Assembly (NCBI GenBank): GCA_964418975.1
Contig: CAYQNV010000081.1
Span: 26,194 to 90,193 of the forward strand
Origin: an uncultured bacterium
GTDB lineage: Bacteria > Eisenbacteria > RBG-16-71-46
DNA length: 64,000 nucleotides
Direction: 5' to 3'
Shown here: positions 58,934-64,000 of the stretch, piece by piece
Layout: each line of letters opens with the position of its first letter
How positions within the stretch are numbered: position 1 is the stretch's first letter
Translations under genes and position numbers: made by a program
The notes under the pieces: model-generated
Told to the model about the DNA's origin: nothing
Databases searched by the model: none
The model's input: the letters and a program-made list of their open reading frames with translations, nothing else

Positions 58934-59027
58934 ACCGTTTGCAGAGGAGTGGGTTGAAGAACGGCAGGCGACTGTAGCTTGGCAGCCCGCGCCACGCAAC
59001 AGGCAGTGGCGCGGCGACTCGCGGGGA

Positions 59028-59429
59028 TCAGCGTCCGCCGGTGCCCACCGCGTCGCGATCGCGCTTGAGCTTCTGCGTGAGCGCGCGCAACTCCTCCTTC
59101 ACCTCGAGCAACACGAGCTTGCGATCCGCCTCGCCGAACGACAGCTCGACCTGAGGCTCGTCGAGTTTGCGGTCATCGAGCAGCGTGCGGCGTGCGCCGG
59201 CGATGGTGTAGCGCCGATCGTAGAGCAGCTCCTTGATGCGCAGCAGCAGCCTCACTTCCTCCGGGCGATACATGCGATTGCCGGCGCGGTTCTTCTTGGG
59301 CCGCAGCATGCTGAACTGCGTCTCCCAGTAGCGCAGCACGTGCGCCTTCACGCCGAGCATGTCGCTCACCTCGCTGATCGAGCGGTAGAGCTTGCTCTCC
59401 GGCTCCTGGACGGTCTTGCGGATCGCCAA
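59028..59429 (-). CDS. MerR-family transcriptional regulator, TTG start
   Basis: HTH YRSISEVSDMLGVKAHVLRYWE. TTG preceded by GGAGGGAG. The longer ORF-track start would overlap gpsA by 78 nt. Confidence 0.65.
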   Translation of the reverse strand: MAIRKTVQEPESKLYRSISEVSDMLGVKAHVLRYWETQFSMLRPKKNRAGNRMYRPEEVRLLLRIKELLYDRRYTIAGARRTLLDDRKLDEPQVELSFGEADRKLVLLEVKEELRALTQKLKRDRDAVGTGGR

Positions 59430-59467
59430 GGTGTCTCCCTCCCGCCGGCGGCCGCCCCGCCGGCTGC

Positions 59468-60454
59468 TCAAGCCTCGCGCTTCAAGTCCCGTGTCATGAG
59501 CGCCATGAGGGCGCTCTGCGGATCGCGGCCCTCGAACAGCGCGCACACCTGCTCCGTGATGGGCAACTCCACCCCGCGCTGCCGTCCCTGATCGCGGGCC
59601 GCGCGCGCCGTGTGCACCCCCTCGGCCACCATGACCATGGCGCCGAGGACCTGCTCCAGACTCTCGCCCCGCCCGAGCCGTTCACCCACGTGCCGATTGC
59701 GACTGTGACGGCTCATCGCCGTGGCGATCAGGTCGCCCATGCCGGTGAGCCCCGAGAACGTCTCGCGCCTGGCTCCCATGACCTCGCCGAGCCGGGCCAT
59801 CTCGGCGAGCCCACGCGTGAGCAGGGCGCCCTTCGTGTTGTCTCCGAACCCGAGGCCGTCGCACACGCCCGCGGCGATCGCGATCACATTCTTGAGCGCG
59901 CCACCGTATTCGCAGCCGACGACGTCGTCGTTCGTGTACACCCGGAACCGCGGCGTGGAGCACAGCACCTGCACGTCGCGCGCGCGCGCCTCGTCGTTGC
60001 AGGCGGCGACGACGGTGGTCGGGATGCCCCGCGCCACCTCCTCGGCGTGACTCGGGCCCGTGAGCGTCACGGGCGAGCGATCGCCGAGCGTCTCCGTCAG
60101 CACTTCCGAGAGGCGGCGCAGGGTGCCCAGCTCGAGCCCCTTGCTCGCGCACACCGGGATCCCCGCCGCCCCGATGGCCGCCACCTGGCCGGCTACCGAG
60201 CGCATCGCCTGGGACGGCACCACGAACAGCGTGAACTGCGCCGCTTCAAGTGCCGCCTCAAGTTCCGCGTGAACCTTAACGCCGTCGGGCAGGTGAATGC
60301 CAGCCAGAAACTTGGCGTTCTCGCGGCTCTCCCGAAGTTGGGCCATCGCCGCGGTATCGCGGCCCCAGAGCCGGGTGTCATGCCCGGCGTTGGCGAGATG
60401 GATCGCCAACGTGGTCCCGAACGAGCCCGCGCCGAGCACTGCGACCGTGCTCAC
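59468..60454 (-). CDS. gpsA: NAD(P)H-dependent glycerol-3-phosphate dehydrogenase, GTG start overlapping plsY stop (GTGA)
   Basis: VAVLGAGSFGTTLA Rossmann motif. ...GALKNVIAIAAGVCDGLGFGDNTKGALLTRGLAEM. The ORF track merges it with an upstream out-of-gene extension. Confidence 0.9.
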   Translation of the reverse strand: MSTVAVLGAGSFGTTLAIHLANAGHDTRLWGRDTAAMAQLRESRENAKFLAGIHLPDGVKVHAELEAALEAAQFTLFVVPSQAMRSVAGQVAAIGAAGIPVCASKGLELGTLRRLSEVLTETLGDRSPVTLTGPSHAEEVARGIPTTVVAACNDEARARDVQVLCSTPRFRVYTNDDVVGCEYGGALKNVIAIAAGVCDGLGFGDNTKGALLTRGLAEMARLGEVMGARRETFSGLTGMGDLIATAMSRHSRNRHVGERLGRGESLEQVLGAMVMVAEGVHTARAARDQGRQRGVELPITEQVCALFEGRDPQSALMALMTRDLKREA

Positions 60455-61092
60455 GCCGCCCCGCCCTTGAACGAGAAGCGACGCTCCTCGCCGTGCAGCA
60501 GGCGCGTGATGTTGTCCTTGTGCCGCACCACCACGAGCAGCGCCACCAGGACGCCGAAGCCGAACGTGGGGCTCCGGACGCCACCGGGCGTCGTGACGCC
60601 GAGCGTGCAGGCGAACGCCAACGCGCCGAGGATGGAGCCGAGCGAGATGAAGCGCGTCGCAGCGACGGTGGCGACGAACACCGCCACGAACACGCCGAAC
60701 GCGGGCGGCGAGAGCGCCAGCAGCACGCCCACCGTGGTGGCCACCCCCTTCCCGCCACGAAAGCCCGCGAACATCGTGAACATGTGACCGAGGATGGCGG
60801 CGAGACCCACCCACAGCCGACACCATTCCGCGCCACCCGGGAACCCGGCGGCGAGTACCAGCCCGGGCACGAGCCAGGTCGGCAGCGCGCCCTTCGCGAC
60901 GTCCAGCACCAGCACCGCGATGCCGATGGCGGGCCCGAGCGAGCGGTACACGTTGGTCGCGCCGAGGTTTCGCGAGCCCAACGTGCGCACGTCCACGCCG
61001 CGCAGCCAGCGCCCGAGCCAGAGACCCCACGCCAGTGAACCGCTCAGGTACCCCAGCGCCAGCGCGACCAGGAGGGATGCCATGGGCGGCAT
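60451..61092 (-). CDS. plsY: Glycerol-3-phosphate acyltransferase PlsY
   Basis: LGSRNLGATNVYR, HMFTMFAGFRGGKGVAT, VVRHKDNITRLL. ~5 TM. Confidence 0.85.
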   Translation of the reverse strand: MPPMASLLVALALGYLSGSLAWGLWLGRWLRGVDVRTLGSRNLGATNVYRSLGPAIGIAVLVLDVAKGALPTWLVPGLVLAAGFPGGAEWCRLWVGLAAILGHMFTMFAGFRGGKGVATTVGVLLALSPPAFGVFVAVFVATVAATRFISLGSILGALAFACTLGVTTPGGVRSPTFGFGVLVALLVVVRHKDNITRLLHGEERRFSFKGGAA

Positions 61093-61096
61093 CCTA

Positions 61097-62404
61097 CTAC
61101 TCGCTCTTCCGGACCCGGAAACGCAGGGGGGTGCCGCGGAAGCCGAAGTGCTCGGCGAACTGCGACCACAGGTAACGGCGGTAATTGTCGTTCAAGCGGG
61201 ACGGGGCGTTCACAAACATCGTAAACGTCGGCGGCCGTTTTCCCGTCTGCGTCATGTAGTAGATCTTCGGCGCCTTCCCGACCGAGTTGCTCGGCACCTG
61301 CCGCCGCCGCTGCACCAGCGTCAGCCAGTCGTTCAATTCGCGCGTGGGGATCTCACGCACGTTCTCCGCCACGCGCTCGGCGATGGTCTCGGGCAGGCGC
61401 GTCAGGTTCATCGGCGCCGTGGCCGAGATGGGATGCGCGGGGATGTCGGCGAGCGTGGGGAACCGTCGCGCGCGGTCGGCCTGCACGTCCTTCCAGGCCT
61501 GCTCGCGTCCCTCGACCTGATCCCATTTGTTGTAGAGCAGCAGCAGCGCGCAGCCGGCGTCCAGCACGTGGTGCGCCAGCCGGGCCTCCTGTTTCTCGAA
61601 GCCGCGCTCGGTGTCTACCACGAGGCAGGCGATGTCGGCGCGCTCGAGTGCCTGGAGCGCGCGCATGGTGGCGTAGAACTCGGCCTGGTCCTCGAACATC
61701 GCCTGCCGCCGGATGCCGGCCGTGTCTACGAGGATGAAGTCGCCCGCGGGCGTGCTCCAACGCGCGTCGATGGCGTCCATCGTGGTGCCGGGGCGCGGCT
61801 CCACCAGCACGCGCTCCTCGCCGAGCAGCGCATTCACGAGCGAACTCTTGCCCACGTTCGGCCGTCCGACGATCGCCACGCGCGGCGCCAGCGACTCCTC
61901 TTCCCGCTGGGGCGGCAACAGCGCCAGCACCGCGTCGAGCAGGTCGCCGATCCCCAGGCCGCCCTCGGCGGCCACGGCCAGAGGTTCGCCCAGGCCCAGG
62001 CGGTGGAACTCGTGCACGATGGAGTCGCCGGGCTTGTCGACCTTGTTCACCACCAGCAGCGCCTTCCCGTGCGTCTTGCGAAGCTGGTTGGCGATGGCCT
62101 GGTCGAGGTCGGTGACGCCGGTGAGCGCGTCCACGAGGAAGATGACGGCGTCTGCCAGCCCGATGGCGGCTTCGGCCTGGCGACGCACGTCGGCGTCGCG
62201 GCCCGCGGAGGACGCCGGCAGGAAGCCGCCCGTGTCCACCAGCACGAACGCCCGGCCCGTCCACTCGGCCCGCACGGCGTTGCGGTCGCGCGTGATGCCC
62301 GGACGGTCGTGCGTGACCGCCCGTCGCTCGCCGAGGATGCGATTGAACAGTGTGGACTTGCCGACGTTGGGTCGGCCGATGATGGCGACGACGGGAGCGC
62401 TCAT
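61097..62404 (-). CDS. der: Ribosome-associated GTPase Der (EngA), tandem GTPase domains + KH-like C-terminal domain
   Basis: VVAIIGRPNVGKSTLFN and VAIVGRPNVGKSSLVN G1 motifs. DTGG/DTAG G3 motifs. NKWD/NKVD G4 motifs. Confidence 0.95.
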   Translation of the reverse strand: MSAPVVAIIGRPNVGKSTLFNRILGERRAVTHDRPGITRDRNAVRAEWTGRAFVLVDTGGFLPASSAGRDADVRRQAEAAIGLADAVIFLVDALTGVTDLDQAIANQLRKTHGKALLVVNKVDKPGDSIVHEFHRLGLGEPLAVAAEGGLGIGDLLDAVLALLPPQREEESLAPRVAIVGRPNVGKSSLVNALLGEERVLVEPRPGTTMDAIDARWSTPAGDFILVDTAGIRRQAMFEDQAEFYATMRALQALERADIACLVVDTERGFEKQEARLAHHVLDAGCALLLLYNKWDQVEGREQAWKDVQADRARRFPTLADIPAHPISATAPMNLTRLPETIAERVAENVREIPTRELNDWLTLVQRRRQVPSNSVGKAPKIYYMTQTGKRPPTFTMFVNAPSRLNDNYRRYLWSQFAEHFGFRGTPLRFRVRKSE

Positions 62405-62491
62405 GCGGGACCGGGAATGGGAAGGCGCGCCGGAAACGGGCGGATCCGCCGGTGCCGACGCGCCGATGCCCTAGAGATTCGAGGCGAATCA

Positions 62492-62567
62492 TGGAGCGGG
62501 CAACGGGGTTCGAACCCGCGACCTCAAGCTTGGGAAGCTCGCGCTCTACCAACTGAGCTATGCCCGC
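62492..62567 (-). tRNA. tRNA-Gly (anticodon CCC)
   Basis: Acceptor GCGGGCA/TGCCCGC, D GCTC/GAGC, anticodon stem CGAGC/GCTTG with loop TTCCCAA, T-arm GCGGG-TTCGAAC-CCCGT, CCA encoded. Coordinates +/-2. Confidence 0.85.
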
Positions 62568-62647
62568 GAAGTGTGGTGAATTGGCGGAGACAACCTAGGT
62601 CGCGCGCCAGGGGGTGTCAAACCCCAGCGCTCCGCCGCCGCGCGACC

Positions 62648-63571
62648 TCACGCCATCGCTTCACGGCCGATCCGCGCGGCGATGCGTTCGGCCTCGGAGG
62701 GAGTGCCCTCCACCGTGGTCGCGCGCAGCTGGTGACGGAACCACGTGCGCTGTCGCTTGGCCAGCTGCCGCGTGCGCTGGTCCATGCGCTCGCGCGCGGC
62801 CTCGGGTTCCAGCGCACCCTCGAGCACGTCGAGCGCCTCGTCGTAGCCGATCGCCGCCAGCCGCCGGAGCGCCGGCCCCTTCCCCGCCGCCACGAGTTCA
62901 CGCACTTCGTCGAGCAGACCCGCGTCCCACATGGCGCGGCTCCGTTCGGTGATGCGCTCGGACAGAAGCGCCGGCGTGCAGGTGACCTCGAACGATCGCC
63001 ACTCGGCCACGACCGGCGTCTCACGCGCCCGGTCGCGCCACCACGCCAGCGTGTGCCCACTGCTCGTCACGATCTCGAGCGCGCGCAGGACTCGTTGACG
63101 GTCGCGCACGCGCAGCGAGCCGGCCGCGTGCGGGTCGAGTGACGCCAGCCGCGCGTGCATCGCCTCGGCTCCCGCCTCCGCCCACTCGCGCTCCAGTTCG
63201 CCACGAAGCTCCGCGGCCTTCGGCGGCTCGGGGTGGAGACCGCGCTCCAGGGCGGAAACGTACAGGCCGGAGCCTCCCACCAGCACCGGCGTCACGCCCG
63301 CGGAGAAGAGCTGCTCGCACACGTCGGTCGCGGCGCGAGCCCAGCCGCCGGCCGAAGCGCGCTCTCCCAGCGACAGCAGGTCGAACAGGTGATGCGGGCT
63401 GGCGGCGCGTTCCGCCGGCGTGGGCTTGCCGGTGCCGAGCTCCAGCTCGCGGAACACCTGTCGCGCGTCGGCGCACACCACGGCGCCGCCCACGCGCACG
63501 GCGAGCGCCTCACCGATGGCGGTCTTGCCCGTCGCGGTCGCACCCACCAACGCGATGAGACGGCGTCGCAC
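62648..63571 (-). CDS. miaA: tRNA dimethylallyltransferase, GTG start overlapping mutL 3' end by ~11 nt
   Basis: LIALVGATATGKTAIGEALA P-loop. ...VLVGGSGLY...RVLRALEI. Confidence 0.85.
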   Translation of the reverse strand: MRRRLIALVGATATGKTAIGEALAVRVGGAVVCADARQVFRELELGTGKPTPAERAASPHHLFDLLSLGERASAGGWARAATDVCEQLFSAGVTPVLVGGSGLYVSALERGLHPEPPKAAELRGELEREWAEAGAEAMHARLASLDPHAAGSLRVRDRQRVLRALEIVTSSGHTLAWWRDRARETPVVAEWRSFEVTCTPALLSERITERSRAMWDAGLLDEVRELVAAGKGPALRRLAAIGYDEALDVLEGALEPEAARERMDQRTRQLAKRQRTWFRHQLRATTVEGTPSEAERIAARIGREAMA

Positions 63572-63578
63572 GCGCGGC

Positions 63579-64000
63579 CTACGTGCGACCGAAGCGGCGG
63601 TGCAACTCGGACAGCTCGAGCCGCACAAACGTCGGCCGTCCATGCGGGTCACCGTGCGGCCGCGACGTGGCGAACAGTCGGTCCACGAGCGCGCGCATCT
63701 CGTCGCGCGAGAGCGTGTCGCCGGCGCGGATGGCGGCATGGCACGCGTGCGAGTTGGCGACCCGCTCGAGCAGGTCGTCCTGCATCGTCGCGCCACCCTC
63801 GCCGATCCCATCCAGCACGTCCTGCAGCAGTTGTCCCGGCTGCCCCAGTCGAAGGCCCGAGGGTACCCCCTGCAGGACCACCGTGGGTGGCGAGAGCGGC
63901 GACAGGTCCCAGCCCAGTTGCCGGAGGTGTGGCCCGACGGCGAGCAGCAACTCGAACTGCGCGCGCGACAGGTCCACGAGTGCCGGGAACAGCAGCCCCT
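63579..64000 (-). CDS. mutL: DNA mismatch repair protein MutL, C-terminal part only (gene runs off the window end)
   Basis: C-terminal dimerisation-domain motifs ACHAAIRAG..LSRDEMRALVDRLFATSRPHGDPHGRPTFVRLELSEL. Confidence 0.8.
   Translation of the reverse strand, partial: GLLFPALVDLSRAQFELLLAVGPHLRQLGWDLSPLSPPTVVLQGVPSGLRLGQPGQLLQDVLDGIGEGGATMQDDLLERVANSHACHAAIRAGDTLSRDEMRALVDRLFATSRPHGDPHGRPTFVRLELSELHRRFGRT

Noticed and set aside
59468-61030. 520-aa merged ORF in the ORF track
   Set aside because: It is gpsA (GTG start at 60454) plus an upstream non-coding-frame extension running antisense or out of frame through plsY. plsY is encoded in a different frame (60451..61092).

Overview
This is a high-GC (~68-70%) bacterial chromosomal window with a Gemmatimonadota/Acidobacteriota-like gene content. 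I call about 45 protein genes, 3 tRNAs and no CRISPR, rRNA or obvious transposase. Several observations stand out.

- **EPS locus (344-5141, minus strand).** A compact three-gene operon encodes a processive GT2 synthase with a QxxRW motif, then a periplasmic right-handed beta-helix protein with an AlgG-like 'DPHD' epimerase motif, then a putative outer-membrane beta-barrel. The genes are translationally coupled. It looks like a minimal alginate-like synthase-dependent exopolysaccharide system.
- **Ser/Thr kinase family.** Six paralogous Hanks-type Ser/Thr kinases sit around an asnB gene. Three carry a TolB-N-like sensor plus TPR repeats, and three carry a TolB/PD40 beta-propeller. One of them has an in-frame amber codon nine codons after its canonical ATG.
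- **Secreted cluster (22596-27134, plus strand).** A phage tail-fibre-like protein, a short YD-repeat protein and a 185-aa protein that is almost entirely a T9SS-type C-terminal sorting domain are packed at 10-nt and 86-nt spacing. It follows a 600-nt leader and ends at a perfect 13-bp terminator hairpin.
- **Gene fusions and couplings.** A catalytically degenerate 5'-nucleotidase-like domain is fused to a tetraheme cytochrome c. A TAXI-type TRAP fused permease is co-transcribed with a GAF-PP2C phosphatase. An ankyrin-repeat ORF is translationally coupled to an RND efflux pair. There is also a fused membrane / spermidine-synthase-like / TPR giant protein.
- **Housekeeping block (55-64 kb, minus strand).** mutL-miaA-tRNA-Gly-der-plsY-gpsA-MerR-tRNA-Pro-GT2-surE-tRNA-Pro-acyP-rpoD-apt.

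Many long antisense ORFs are GC-skew artefacts and are rejected. Coordinates taken from raw base counting (tRNAs, hairpins) may be off by 1-2 nt. CDS coordinates are derived from ORF-track arithmetic.
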